A stretch of 64,000 nt of DNA from Vicugna vicugna (GCA_013265495.1 MU058198.1:4603779-4667778); one strand, 5' to 3'; numbered from the stretch's first letter, positions 37,632-51,123 are shown. The notes: a model not told the origin generated them from the sequence alone. Translations and numbers: made by a program.

Positions 37632-37755
37632 GTAGCAGGACAGGGTGAATGAGGTCCCTAGGGCACAAAATTTAAGGAGACACATGACTGCGAGCAGGTG
37701 CCTGTAAATTTTGCATCCTGGGGACCTCTCTTGCCTCACCTGAGTCCTGGCCCTC
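37632..37755. mobile_element. Short MER96-like palindromic MITE within an antisense L2 (37430-38030)
   Basis: gggcacaaaatttaagg ... taaattttgcatcc...gcctcacctgagtcctggccct. Confidence 0.78.
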
Positions 37756-38688
37756 CTAAAGAGGAGGTGCTATCAGAAGTAGACCTGAAAGTATAAGCAG
37801 GATGCTCCAGATGAATATCCTAAGCCAAGAGGAAGATATCTATAAAAGCATAGCATGAGGAAATAGAATAGCATGTTCATGTAATTCACCATGAGTAAAG
37901 CAGAATGTGGCCACCAGGAAGAGTGGGAAATGAGGCTACCAAGGCAGGTAGGGGTCAGAAAATGCAGACCATTTCTAGGCACGCAAAGGAACCTGGCATT
38001 TACCTTTGGCAATGGGGAACCTCTATAAATAACTCAGTAATACACTTCAGAAACCTGCAGGACCTAAACAAACACAAATATTAAAAAATTTTTAAGAGGC
38101 ATAAAAGAAGTCTTGAATGAAGCAGAAACACAGAATTGTCTTCGTATCCCTGGCATCACAGGGACTCAGTGTAGACTCTTGAAATTGTGTGAGCATCCAA
38201 CCATTCTTACTGTCAGACTCAGTGTCGTCCAAGAACTTGCCTCTTGGCCTGACCAGTCAAAACCTGGACGATGTCAATCAGTGAAAAGTGAAACCCTCCA
38301 TTTTACCACTGTGATTTCCGAACTTGCCTGCGAAACACTGATGCGGGTGCAGTCCCAGAATAGTGAAGGAGCAAGGGCAAAACTGGGGACCTCCTTGGCC
38401 CTTCCTCCATTTGGCTGGTGCTATACATGCCCAGCATTTTTATATGAGACCATATAGTGGGGAGGGAGGCTGGTACTGAGTGATATTGGTCATGTCATCA
38501 TTTCTGCACCTGGAAACTTGGAGCTGTAATTAATTTGCTTTAAGAAAGGTAAAGAAATGGAACATTTCTTGCTTTATATATTGTAGAGAAATTCTTACCT
38601 GTGACCCATGAAGAATCAAGCACCCTTTTCTAAAAAAAAATTCACATGAATCCCATAATTTATAATCACTGCTTTTAGTAAAGGGAAC

Positions 38689-39110
38689 TGTGTCAGTCAA
38701 CTATTTGCAGCAATATTTTGCATAACAAGCTATCCCATGATGTAGACGCTTAGAACACTCCACATTTATGTACTGCTTATTCGTCCATGGCTTGGCTCTT
38801 ACTTGGCTTTGCTGGGTTAGCCTCCATGAGCTGAGCATCAGTGTGTAGGTTGGGCTCAGGGCCTCTCCATGTGCCTCCTCATGCTTTTTGGATTAGCCTC
38901 TTCCCGGGGCATGCTCGTCTTGTAGTAGGTTACGCGGGTGAAAGAGGCCAGTGGGAACACATGGTGCCTCTTCAGTTGTTGGCCTGGCGCTGTCAAACAC
39001 ATTTGTGGCATTAAACCAGTCCAGTGGCCAGCCCTCAGGGGAATATGCTGGACAGTATTATCCAGTCAATCACAGTCACGTAAGAGAACGGTTGAGTTTG
39101 CTCACAACTC
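38689..39110 (-). mobile_element. MaLR LTR (MLT1H/I-like)
   Basis: tgtgtcagtcaactatttgc...cataacaagctatccc...ctctccatgtgcctc. Confidence 0.7.
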
Positions 39111-39724
39111 ATGAGGAAATGTCTTTACTGCATGTTCTTTGGTCAGTCACTTCTAAGAACGGAATTGATCCACCTTAACAGGCTTATTTTAAAAACGCCA
39201 TTGGGTGCAGAAGTGATGTGTGAAAATCAAAGCTCCTGAAATGTACCCTTCATAATTGTTACGAGGGGGACGATAAAAATCACATCTGTCTGTGAGTCTC
39301 TAACCCGAGCTTCCTGCTTAGACATCCCCTCTCTGTGGGGTGGCCCCAGGGACAGCCTAATGCTGGTGTAGACAGTGCGGGTAGCACTGTTGATGCTGAC
39401 TCTTGAGTTCTAGGATGGCAGAGAGAAGGTGACAAGTGTACGTTCTAAAAACGTACAGCGGGTCTCTTCCAGCGTTTCATATTTGTCTAATTCTGGTTTT
39501 AAACCTGTCCTCCATTGCCGTGGAGGAAACGCGGAACTCTACGTTCTTATCATAGAAAGCTCACTCGTTAGTCCAAACAGAGCAATGGAGGCTAATTACC
39601 CTTCTGTTGGGTCAGATCTTGCTGATAATCCCCATTCCCATGACTGACAGGTGTACTTTAAAGTTTAGTCCATGCCACCTGCATGAAGGATAGAAGGAAA
39701 TTACCTGCAAATATATACGATTGA

Positions 39725-40075
39725 ATCTGGGGTTGGAAATCAGGATGCCTGGCTGGCACCCTCACTTTTCCTTCTGTTTCCTCATCTATAAAATGGAGAT
39801 AATAATAACTGCCCTACTTTCTCACATGGTGGCTGTGAAGACAAAATGAGACGAGCATGTTGCAAAATAAGAAACACTATTCAAATGCAAGACAGTTTTA
39901 GATTCTTCAATTCCTCTCTAAATTAATAATAGCCCCTCACATTTGTACAATGCTTCTCATTTTCCAAAGAACTTCCACTTGCATTATTGCATTTTGTCCG
40001 GACCACAGTCCTCAGTTTTTTCAGGGGAGGAAACAGGGCTAGAATGGTCCAGTGGCTTGTGTTGGGCCACCCAGC
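39725..40075. mobile_element. Two tail-to-tail MIR fragments (+ then -)
   Basis: tttcctcatctataaaatggagataataata (+); gaggaaacagggctaga...ggccacccagc (-). Confidence 0.7.
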
Positions 40076-40679
40076 AAGGTACAGGGCTGCTAGTCCTATA
40101 CTTTGTCCATTGGAATCCACTGCTCCAGCTTCTCTGTCAAAGCCCTTAAAAGCCGATCTAGGAAAGTGTTTGGAGGGCAATCCTTCTGGGGGCCTGAGGG
40201 CAGTCAGGGTGTGAAACAGCCTCCTGGGAATGTGAGTTTAGGGCTATTGAGAGTAACTCCAGAACCTGTCCAAGCCCCTTATAGTCCAAGTCCCTAAGTC
40301 ACTGGCAGGCTCTGAATTAATCCCATTCCACCAGTTTCTTCTTAGAAAGATGACCGTCAGATCAGATACTCAACAGGGATTTCTTGAATTTCCTACAGCG
40401 ATGGGGCAAAGGTCCTCCAGGACATAGAACTATCTACTTACTTAAAATAGAAGGAAATTCAGAGATCTTTCTACTCCAAACTGCTCATGCTATGGGTAGA
40501 ACACAGAGGGTTACCGAGGAATAGAAACTTGCTCATGGCTAGTGAATGGGTTTGCAGATCTGGGGATAAATTCTCAGCTCTGCCGCTTACTGACTCAGAA
40601 GCTGGGGTGGTATAGGAGGACTAAATGGGCTAAATGTATTTAAAATACGGAGCACATAGTGGGCGCTGTAACGAAAGTA

Positions 40680-41110
40680 GGGTCTGAATGTGACAATGCG
40701 CTTGATTGCAAACAACTGAAGTCACTTTAAAATTCTTTAAAGGGATTTAAAAAAATAGGACATCAGGGAGCTCCTTCACAGAATCTTCAGGAAGCCTGAG
40801 TCAAAGCTGGAGAATATACAGCCAGGAGCGAAGTTCATCCACATCATAAGGCTGCATCCCACTCTTCACAGCCTCCCTAGATAGTCGCATCAGAAAATGA
40901 CCTCCAGGCAGAATCTGTCTCTTGGGCTGTGCTCTCATCCAAACTAAAATCCCATGGGATTGGCAGAGCCCAGGTCACATGACTGTGCCACAGTTGCAGG
41001 GGAGGCTGGGAAAGTTAGTTTTGGAAGCTCTGGCTTGAGGCGGAGGCACTCATGATGTGAAAAATTCCCTGACCAAAGGAAGAGTTTTCCAAAGGTGGTG
41101 AAAAATTTAA
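40680..41110 (-). mobile_element. Old MaLR LTR (MLT1K-like)
   Basis: gattggcagagcccaggtcacatgactgtgccacagttgcaggggaggctgggaaag. Confidence 0.68.
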
Positions 41111-41369
41111 GAAATAACCACTGATGTTTCCCTTGCTTCTCTTTGTCCCTGTCCCTTTACGTGCACACTGACCACAGCCATCTCACCCCTAGGCCTCCAG
41201 ACTCCCAAACCGCTTCCTTATATCACACTGTGCCCTCCAGCCTGACCTCTTCACTGGCCCAGGTAAGCTCATTAAAGGCATCTTCCACTTTGTGTCTTTC
41301 CTGGAGTCAGCTCCTCACTGTCACTGCCATCACACCAGCATTGCTAACTCAACAGTATGTGGCAAGCAT

Positions 41370-41870
41370 TTTTCCATGTCATTAATTTTTCTTTTGCAAC
41401 ATGATTTTTAATAGCTACATCGTATTACAGAGTGTGGATGCATCAAAATGTATTTAACCAGCTTCAAATTGTGCATTAAAGATGTTGTCTCTTTTTCCCC
41501 CTTGATACCACAAGCGATTTAACAATGAACACTCCTGTGCAAAGCTCTCTTTGCATACTTGTGATGATTTCTTTAGGTTAGTTTTCTGGAAATAGAAGTA
41601 CTAGGGTACTTGATGGTACTGTTAAGTGGGCTCCCAGATATGTGATATACGCTCTAATATTCCCAACCACTGTGGCAACACAAATTTGATCATGCCGTTG
41701 CCAACACTGGGTGCTACCATTCTTTAGTTTTCAGTAACTTTATAGGTGAAAAATGTTTCTCATTATTATTTTAGTGCAAACTTCTTTGATTATTAGTGAT
41801 ATTAAATATTTATTTTAATTGTATTTTTTTACCAGTGGAAGTTTGTAACTTTTATGCAGTCAAATTCATT
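41370..41870 (-). mobile_element. Old L1ME-like 3' fragment
   Basis: ttttaatagctacatcgtatt...atttaacca...ttgccaacactggg. Confidence 0.7.
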
Positions 41871-42441
41871 AAAGTTTAAAGCTGATCGCACCATTTTCCC
41901 TCCAGGAAGTTTCCTCCAAACACTGTCTTTATCCTATCAGATGCCATTTGATGGGCAGTGTTGATCAGCACAAATCTGTTGGAACACAGTAAGGAAGTAT
42001 ATTAGACTGAATAACAGGAATATGAAAAGATATTTGATGAGAGATTTTTTTTTTAAAGGGGAACATGTCCTTGAGGATATTTTGTATATGACATTTTGTT
42101 ATTAGAAATAAAAATAGATTGAATCTATAGAGTTGAATGGACAGTACTTGCTAGCAAAAGAACATACCACAGTCAGCATGGTATTTGAATTGGCAGACAT
42201 GATAAGGAGGAAGACATGGTATACTTCTAACGTTCTGGTGACCACAGAAGGTAAAGAACTGGAATGGGATCTGAGAGACGTTTGTGCACAGCATGCTAAC
42301 TTAAATCATGTGGGCAAGGTTTGAATATAAATTAAGACTGCACAAAGCCCATCTTCCTGGGTCTGGCACCTCCTTTTTTTGTTTTTCCAGCTGGATAAAA
42401 GATGTAAAACCAACAATACTGGAAGAAAATTATATAATCTT

Positions 42442-45209
42442 TTTTCGGTTGGTAATTTCTATATGTATGTATGTTACATTGATTTGTAACACATGTAAGT
42501 TTCATGTGTACAACATTATTTTTCTACATCTGTATACCAGACAACATGCTCACCACTAAATATTTATTTTCTGTGCATCACCATGCGGTTCATCCCCTTT
42601 ACTCATTTCTCCCTCCCCATTACCCTTTCCCATATGGTAATCACTATTCTGTTCTCTGTATCTGTGTGTGTTTGTTTTCATTTGTTTGGCTTGTTCATTT
42701 ATTTTGATTTTGTTTATTGTTTGTTTATTGTTTATTAGTTTTTAAATATTTCATATTTGAGTGAAATCATAACAGAATTTGTCTTTCTCTGTCTGACTTA
42801 TTTCACTTAGCTGATACCACGTCATCACAAATGGCGAGATTTCCTCTTTTAAATGGCTGAGTAGTATTCCATCGCATACGTATATTACGTCTTCTTTACT
42901 CATTCCCACATTTTGAGTTTTTTTCCGTATCTTGCAATGTGAATAATGCCTTGATGAACATGGAGGTGCAAATATCTTTTCAGATTAGTATTTTGGTATT
43001 CTTTAGACAAATACCCAGAAGTGGGATAGCTAGGTCACATGATAGTTCAATTCTTAATTTTTTGAGGAATCTCCATACTGTCTTCCAAAGTGTCTGCTCC
43101 AATTTACAGTCCCATCAACCGTGTCTGAGGGTTCCCTTTTCTCTACATCCTTGCCAACACTTGTTATGTCTTATCTTTTTGATAATAGCCATTCTGACAG
43201 GTGTGAGGTGATATCTTGCTGTGGTTTTAAATGCATTTTCCTAATAATTAGTGATGTTGAACATCTTTTCATGTGCCTGTTGGCCATTGGTATGTCTTAT
43301 TTGGAAAAACGTGTATTCAGCTTCTCTGCCCATTTTTTAATCAGGTTGTTTTGGGGTTTTTTGTTGTTGTTGAGTTGTATGAGCTTTTTATATATTTTGG
43401 ATATTAACCCCTAATCAGATATATAATTTGCAAATATCTTCACCCATTCAGTAGGTTGTCTTTTTGTTTTATTGATGGTTTCCTTTGCTGTGTAGAAATT
43501 TTTTAGTTTGATGTAATCCCATTTGTTTGTTTCTGCTTGTGTTTCCCCTGCCTGAAGATACATATCTAGAAAGATTGCTAAGACTGATGTCAAGAGCACA
43601 CTACCTATGCTTTCCTGTAGGAGCTTTATGGTTTCAAGTCTTACAATTCTGTCTTTAATCCATTTTGAGTTAATTTTTTTGTATGGTGTGAGATAGTGGT
43701 CTAGTTTCTGTTTCTTTTTTTGCATGTGGCTGTCCAGGTTTCCCAACAACATTTATTGAAGAGAGTGTTTTTTCTCCATCATGTGTTCTTTTCTCCTTTG
43801 TAGTAAATTAATTGTCCATGTATATGTGGATATATCTCTGGGCTTTCAATTCTGTTCCATTGGTCTGTGTATCTGTTTTTCTGACATTACCATCATGTTT
43901 TGATTACTGTGACTTTGTAGCATTGTTTGAAACCAGGGTGTGTGATACCCCTAACTTTGTTCTTTTTTTCTCAGGATTGCTTTGGCTATTCAGTCTTTTG
44001 TGGTTCCATATAAATTTTAGAAGTTTTTGTTCTATTTCTGTGGAAAATGTCCTTGGAATTTTGATAGGGATTGCATTGAATCTATAGCTTGATTTAGGTA
44101 ATAAGAACATTTTGGTAATGTTGATTCTTGCAGTCCATAAGCACAGAATATATTCTCATTTATTTGTGTCTTCTTCAATTTCCTTCAATAATATCATAGT
44201 TTTCAGTTACAGGTCTTTAATCTCCTTGGTTAAATTTATTCCTAGGTGTTTTATTTTTTTAGCATTGTAAGTGGATTTTGAAAAAATTTCCCTTCCTGCT
44301 AGCTCATTCTTAGTGTCAAAAATGCAATAAATTTCTGTATATTGATTTTGTATCCTGCAACCTTATTGTACTCATTTATTATTTCTAATAGGGTTTTTTT
44401 GTGTGTGGAGTCTTCAGGGTTTTCTACATATAAAATCATGTCATCTGCAATTAGTGACAGTTTAACTTTTTTCTTTCCTGTTTGGATGCATTTTATTTCT
44501 TTTTCTTGCTTAATTTCTCTGGCTAGGACTTCCAACATTATGATGAATAGGAGTGGCAAGAGTGGACAGCTCTGCCTTGTTCCTAATCTTAGAGGGATAG
44601 CTTGCAATTTTTCACCATTGAGTATGATGTTAGCTGTAGGTTTTCCTTACATGGCCTTTATTATTTTGAGGTAAATCCCCCTTCTATATCCACTTTATTG
44701 AGTTTTTATCTAAATGAGTGTTCAATCTTGTAAAATGCTTTTTCTGCATCTATTGAGATAATCACATGCTTTTTCTCTCCTTCAGTTTGTTGATCTGCTG
44801 TTCACATTTATTGATTTGCATACATTGAACCATCCTTGCATCCCTGGAATAACTTGATCATGGTATATCATGTAGCTGTTTGATGCATTGTTGCATTCAG
44901 TGTGCTAATACTTTGTTGAGGACTTTTCATCTATGTTCGTCAGAGATATTGGCCTGTAATTTGTGTGTGTGTGTGTTGTCTCTGTCTAGTTTTGGTATCA
45001 GGGTGATGTCAGCTATGTAAAATGAGTTAGGAAGTATTCCCATCTTTTCAAATTTTTGGAATAGTTTGAGAAGAATAAATATTAAATCTTCTCTGAATGT
45101 TTGGTAAAATTCATCTGTGAAGCCATCTGGTCCTGGACTTTTTTGGGGGGGAAATTTTTTGATTACTGTTTCAATCTCTGTACTAGTGATTGGTATATTT
45201 AGATTTTCT
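42442..45209 (-). mobile_element. ~2.8-kb 5'-truncated L1 (RT domain to 3'UTR) nested in an older + strand L1 (42390-42441, 45210-45640)
   Basis: [38 protein letters not shown]; 17-bp near-TSD gaaaattatataatctt (42425-42441) / gaaaataatacaatctt (45210-45226). Confidence 0.96.
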
Positions 45210-46159
45210 GAAAATAATACAATCTTGAAGAATAGAAGGGATTTCTAATCTTTACATGACCAATATCTAAAGAAAAAAATTTATAGGTTTAATTTCATAA
45301 TAACCAGAAATTTCTGTATGAAAAAGCTACATATGTAAAAGTGAAAACAGTAATCTGAGGAAAAGATTTACAACATACATGAAAAATAGTCAAGTTCCTT
45401 TATATAGGTAAACAGATATATATATATATAAACAAAAGTCAAGTTCCTTTATATATATGCAAACAGCACCCAGGAAACAATAAGAAAAACACAAAGACTT
45501 TGACAGTTATATGAACATAAGATATGAATAAACAATTATCCAAAAGAAACCAAGAGACAATAAGCATATGAAAAATTGCTCAGCTTTCTAGTATTAAAAC
45601 AAATGCAAATTTAAGCAATGAGATAACATTTTATAGACATAATGTTAACTGTGAAATAGCATGATATATAACTTGAATAATCATAGGTTTGTCAAACACC
45701 CATAGTTATGTATTGCCTTCTGTGTTGATAGTGACTATCTCTGGGTTGTGGGATTGTAGGTGATTTATTTCTCTCTCTCTCTCTTTTTTATATTAATTTA
45801 AAAAATTTCTACAATAAACATTGACTGCTTTTGAAATAGAAAGGCCAGTTATGTATGTATTTACTTACTTTTTTAGTGATAATGCCCAGTGCTCACATGG
45901 TTGTGTGAAAATGGGTAGTCTCATGTCCTCACAATGGGAGTATAAATAAGTTTGACATTTCTGGAAAGGGATTTGTTAGGAGAGAAGCTTCCAAGTCTAC
46001 ATAGCTTCAAGCTGACAATTCTGCTTTATTAAATTTATATACGAATATATGAATGACATGAGATATAGAAACAAGAATAGTTACAATGCATATATTTGTG
46101 GTTAATAATTGTGACAACTTATAGGTTTAAGAAGACAGGACCAGAATATAATTACAGAG

Positions 46160-46430
46160 TAGTTGGCACTGCTCTGAAGGATGTTATTTGAAGTGTCTCA
46201 AAAAAGTGAGTCATGCTCGAATAAATTTTAGAAACACCATGTTAAACAAAGTTAAATATTTTTCTTTAGTTGTAGGATTTTCAGAGACTTTAATAGCTTA
46301 TGTGCATTATAACAATTCAAATAGGCAGTAATTTTCCAAACTTATTTCACCAGGAAACATTTTTTCTTGATGTACCTATTAGAATCTTTTAGAACAACGT
46401 TCAGAGAACATCAGTTTTGGAAACATTGTC
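46160..46430. mobile_element. hAT-Charlie-type MITE fragment
   Basis: aataaattttagaaacacc...tttccaaacttattt...cagttttggaaacattg terminus. Confidence 0.55.
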
Positions 46431-46999
46431 ATATAGGGTCCTTCCAGTGGTGTTTTAGGAGAGTACTTCATTACATGGAAGAGTATATACAACACACACA
46501 AAAGGATAAAACAGGGTACAGAAAAGTACACATAATGTGATCCCATCAATGGAAGACTATGAGTATATTGAAAAGAAACTAGATGAAAAAAACCCACAAC
46601 AGCAAAGCATTAAAAGTGATTATGTCTGGGTAATGGAAAATGGGTCATTTTTATTTTTTCTCTTTGCTTATACATATTTAATAAGATTTCACAATGAACA
46701 TATATTACTGCTGAAATAAAGTAAATGATAGAAGTTATAAAAATGATGTAGAAGAATATGCAATATATTGTTCACAGTGTGGTCTGTGGGTAAAAGGAAA
46801 GGAGATTACAAAGCACTTTGTCCATTATAATTTCTTTTTAAAAAATACCTCCGTATGTGAGTAGCTGTGCAGAGAAAAAGGAAATGGACCAAGATATTAA
46901 CAGCTATAATGTTGGGGTTATATCTGGGATTACAGATAATTTTTATGTAAACACATATTCCTTTCTTGTCAGTCTCTTGCTCCTAAACCTCTTGGTTCT

Positions 47000-47250
47000 G
47001 CAAGGGAGTGGGTCTCCAAAGTGGGGTAGAGATATCTCAGGGAGGGTGTGAGATGACATAGTGGGTGGGAAACATACTAGCACATATGTTTATTTTTCTC
47101 ATCCTTTAAATGTCTATTTCTCCATGTATTTTATGTACATATTAGCATAGGAGTATATGTTTGCAGTTTAGAGATATGTGTATGTACATCAGGGTGCAGT
47201 ATCTAAAACTTTTTTTCTACAAGGTTTAATGATAAAACATTTTTGTTAAG
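47000..47250. mobile_element. hAT-Charlie-type MITE fragment
   Basis: Terminus-like agtgggtctccaaagtgggg. Confidence 0.5.
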
Positions 47251-47438
47251 TATATCGCTAAAGCACTGAAACACCCACAAGTGTACTGTCCTGATGACAT
47301 GGGCACAAGTTCACCGACTTGCTGCTTAAATCTTCTCTCTGAATTCGTTGTCCAAGTAGTCTGAAGATCTCAGTCTTCCACTCTGTTCAGATTCCCAGAT
47401 CCTGACTGCTGCTCTCAGGGTATGGGAAAGGGCATTTT

Positions 47439-47548
47439 ATTTAATTTTTTTATTGAAGTATAGTCAGTTACAATGTGTCAATTTTCTGGTGTACAGCAAA
47501 ATGTCCCAGTCATGCATCTATATACATACATATATTTGGTTTCATATT
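47439..47548 (-). mobile_element. Very short young L1 3' end
   Basis: tttattgaagtatagtcagttacaatgtgtcaattttctggtgtacagca; TSD aagggcatttt (47428-47438) / aagagcatttt (47549-47559). Confidence 0.92.
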
Positions 47549-47859
47549 AAGAGCATTTTGTTGATACACTAGCCATTAATTCTAAACACCAAAGATTTCT
47601 GGCTCTCCACCTTCTGGATACATGACGATTAGTGTTCTTAGCTCTGTTGGGTGGAGCCATGTGACCACTTCTGGCCAGTGAGATATGAGTCATGTGTCAC
47701 TCTTAGTGCAAGCATTTGATTCCTATTGTGAGCCCCCCCCTTTCTACAACCATGGCTGCAACTTTTGACACTATGGGGTCTCCATCATCCTGGGTGCTAG
47801 AGGGAAGGCAAGATGACAGAGAGCAGAACCCCCAGCTGAATGGGTGAGAAATAAGCTCT

Positions 47860-48417
47860 AAGTGTCTGTCCACTGATGGATGAATGGATAAAGAAAATGT
47901 ATATATATACAACGGAATATTATTCAATCATAAGAAGGAAGGAAATAACGCCATTTGCAACAATGTGGATGGACCTGGGAGGTATTATGCTTAGTGGAAT
48001 AAGGCAGACACAGAAAGAAAAAGAACATATGATCTCACTTATATGTGGAATCTAAAAAAGTCATCGAACCGGAGAGTAGAATGGTGGTTGCCAGGGGCTG
48101 GAGAGTTGGGGAAATAAGGAGATGTTGGCCAAGGGGGATAAACGTTCAGTTATAAGATGAATAACTTCTGAGGATATAATTTACCGCATGGTGACTGTAG
48201 TTAACAACACTACATTGTATACTTGAAATCTGCTGAGAGAGTAGATCTTAAGTATTATCAAAACACAAACAAAAGAAGGTAATTATAGTGTGAGGCAATG
48301 GATGCATTAATTAACTTGATTATAGTAATCATTTCACATTGTATACATGTATTAAATCATCACATTATACCTCTTAAATTTTTATTTGTCAGTTATACCT
48401 CAAGAAAGCTGAAAAAA
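47860..48417 (+). mobile_element. L1MA9-like 3' end inserted in an MLT1J-like LTR (47570-48500, +)
   Basis: ccatttgcaacaatgtggatggacctgg; TSD gagaaataagctct (47846-47859) / gagaaataagccct (48418-48431); LTR tail resumes tttaagcccctga...ttgttactacagca. Confidence 0.92.
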
Positions 48418-49599
48418 GAGAAATAAGCCCTTATTTGTTTAAGCCCCTGAAGTTTGGGGGATATTTGTTACTACAGCACAACAAAATCTATGCTGATTTT
48501 TGAGATCAGAGTTCACCTGTTAACCCCAAGAGTGTTCTAGAGGGGATCAAAGCCATCCAATATTAAAGTCCTATCCCTGGTTCTTACAACTGAATGGCAA
48601 ATAATTACATAGATTTTTATTTCTTTGTATGATTAGGAGCTACTTATTTGTGTCCTGCTAAGGGCATTATTAAGCATTAAAATTGTTTTATATACAGAAA
48701 CATAAGTTCCTAAGTTACTACTTTTTTTTATTGAGGGCTTTAATTCAGTCTTCTTACAATGAGCTCTCCTTTCACTCTCTACCCATTTCCACAATGGCCT
48801 CTCCATGGGCACCTTCCCTAATTCCTGCCTGGTTGCGGGAGTGAGATTTTTAAAGTCGCTGAACAGAAAACAGTTTATAAAAATAGGCAGTTCATTCTCA
48901 AAAATTTTTTCGTCAGGTTTTGTGATTTTTTTAAAAAGTGTTGATAACCAAGCATTAAAACACTTGAAAATTTCTCAAATTGCTTTTAAGGACTAGTACA
49001 CATGATTTTCTGTGTACAAACCTGCACATATGCATAAATGTTAACATCGACAGTTATCTAAAATATGTAATAAAGGTTATGTGACTGTATCTACACACAC
49101 CAGAATCACCTAGTGTGGCAAATTTTTGCACTGTGAGAGGCAGAGGGGAACTGAGATTGATGGGCGAATGGTGGATTAACGTCCTCTGTTCACTCTCACT
49201 TTCATACATAAGCTTATGGAGTGCGTGGTGGGCAGAATTTACAGGTTATTTAAATTCTCTTTTTGCCTTTGCACCTCCCCCTGCAACATATTTGAATTTT
49301 CAGATGATAAATGCATGGCTGTTTCGGTTACGCTGTGTTTCCTAATTATAGCATTTGATTCAGTTCTTTCTCTTTTATACACTGTTGATTGACTTTTCCC
49401 CGTTAAGGGAAGCAAAGCTAATCCATCCATCCAACCGTTGGTTACTGAAGAGGAGATTTCCTGTTTTATCCAGATAGATGTTTGTTCACACCCAGAATAG
49501 CAGGTCTGTCATCCTCTGCACTCAGCGTCTCCTGTCCCTTTTCTGACACCTGACTTCTGAAGGGCTGAGCCCAGGCAGAAGAGGTTGGCTTCCGAGCTG

Positions 49600-50130
49600 T
49601 AGACTCATTTTGCCTTTCTAGATCTCTCCCCACTCTTCTCCACCCTGCTCTGCGCACGGGGGCCTGCATCGCCCAGCCTCTCGTGCCTGCAGCTCCTGGT
49701 TGTGTAAGGCCCGTGGGAAGAACCAGCAGGAGATGGGAAGGTGGGACGAGAGAGACATCTGTCCCTCCCCATCCTGCTCCGGCTGCAAATGGGCAGAGGT
49801 GAGCTCCTCTGTGGGCTGTCAGTAGATCTCCTTACACACCCCTTCTTGCTCCCTTACACTCAGGGTACTAATCACTTCTTGCTAATACTAGTCTTTTTTT
49901 TTTTTTTCCTTTAAGCAGAGAAAGGTTTATTGCAAAGGCCAAGCAAGGAGAATGGGTAGATTGTGCTCTAAAGACCCGAACGCCTCTGTTACTAGTCTTA
50001 AGGCGCTACAGCACCCTTATTAATTTCCCTTCTCTGTCCACTACTTTCTAATTGGTCACTTATGTAAGTTCTCCTCATTCACCCCTTCTGAGCAAGTTAT
50101 GTGTTTCCTAATGGGACCCCAACCCTTACA
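49600..50130 (+). mobile_element. ERVL LTR33-like solo LTR
   Basis: tctctccccactcttctccaccctgctctg...accagcaggagat...tgtttcctaatgggaccc. Confidence 0.75.
49894..49985 (-). mobile_element. Polyadenylated ERV1-LTR R-region fragment inserted by target-primed reverse transcription
   Basis: T14 tract 49894-49907, tttatt 49926-49931, TSD tactagtctt (49886-49895 / 49990-49999) followed by AA. Confidence 0.75.
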
Positions 50131-50469
50131 GACTGCTAGAAACCAGGATATCACCAGGAAGTTGAAACTACATGAATCTTCCACGGAACCAGTATCGTTG
50201 GGGACAGTGCCTCCCTGTTATTTAAAGAAACTAATAATTATTTAACACATAAAGGCACACAAGGAACAATACAATGAATTCCCATGTGTCTGAAAAAATT
50301 AGAGTATGAATGCTGGTGAAATCTTGTTTTCTTAACTCCTCTGAAGTACATTCCCATAGTGTTGTCCAGCTGAGAATCTGGATCAGGACCTACCTTGCTC
50401 ACAGGAGGACAGATTTCAATGTGAGATATACTGTCTAGGGCATTCTGACAAGTAAATGTTGAACTTGTG

Positions 50470-50472
<3 letters not shown>

Positions 50473-50502
<30 letters not shown>
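50473..50502. repeat. (GT)15 microsatellite
   Basis: Read directly. Confidence 0.97.
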
Positions 50503-50504
<2 letters not shown>

Positions 50505-51123
50505 CTTTTGGAGAAATATTTGAAGCAGGCTTTCAGGAATGATACACTGACCCAGCAGAATTCTATTTCAGCAGTTGCTCTTTCCTGAGTCACTGGATGT
50601 GCGTTGTAAGCACCAGCTCTGAAATGGCGCAGGCCTGCATCTAAATCTTGACTCTTTTATTCAATTCCCTCTGTAATCTTGAAGGAGCCTTTTCAAGGGA
50701 ATTCCTTGGATGCAGAGACCCATTCCCCAGGGTAAGACATGCTAAAGATGGCACACTGTATAAGGTGTGTCATGATGTGCAAAGGAGCATTTGGTGTGCA
50801 CAGGGCTTATTGTCAAGCAGGGGAGATGAGGTATGCAGGCTGATTAAGAATATGCAAGTTTACAAGTTGTAAATGTAATCATTAAGGCTGTTATCAAGGG
50901 AAGAGAGAAAAGGACCTTAGAGCCATATGTCTCCCTTATCATGCAAATGAAGACGTGGACCACACTACTATACAAGTTCTAGCTCAGCCAGACTCCTGGC
51001 TCTCACTTGAATCTCTCCACTGTGTTGCCTCTTGGGATATTACAGTCTTATTCCAGGTAAACTAGATTTCAGCACAGTGTCATTATTTTCCCTTTCTGAG
51101 TTTTGGAGTAGATACATTGTAGG

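Noticed and set aside
726..45209. Large inverted repeat formed by the + L1 at 0.2-2.6 kb and the - L1 at 42.4-45.2 kb
   Set aside because: They are diverged, independent insertions; the second has its own TSD.
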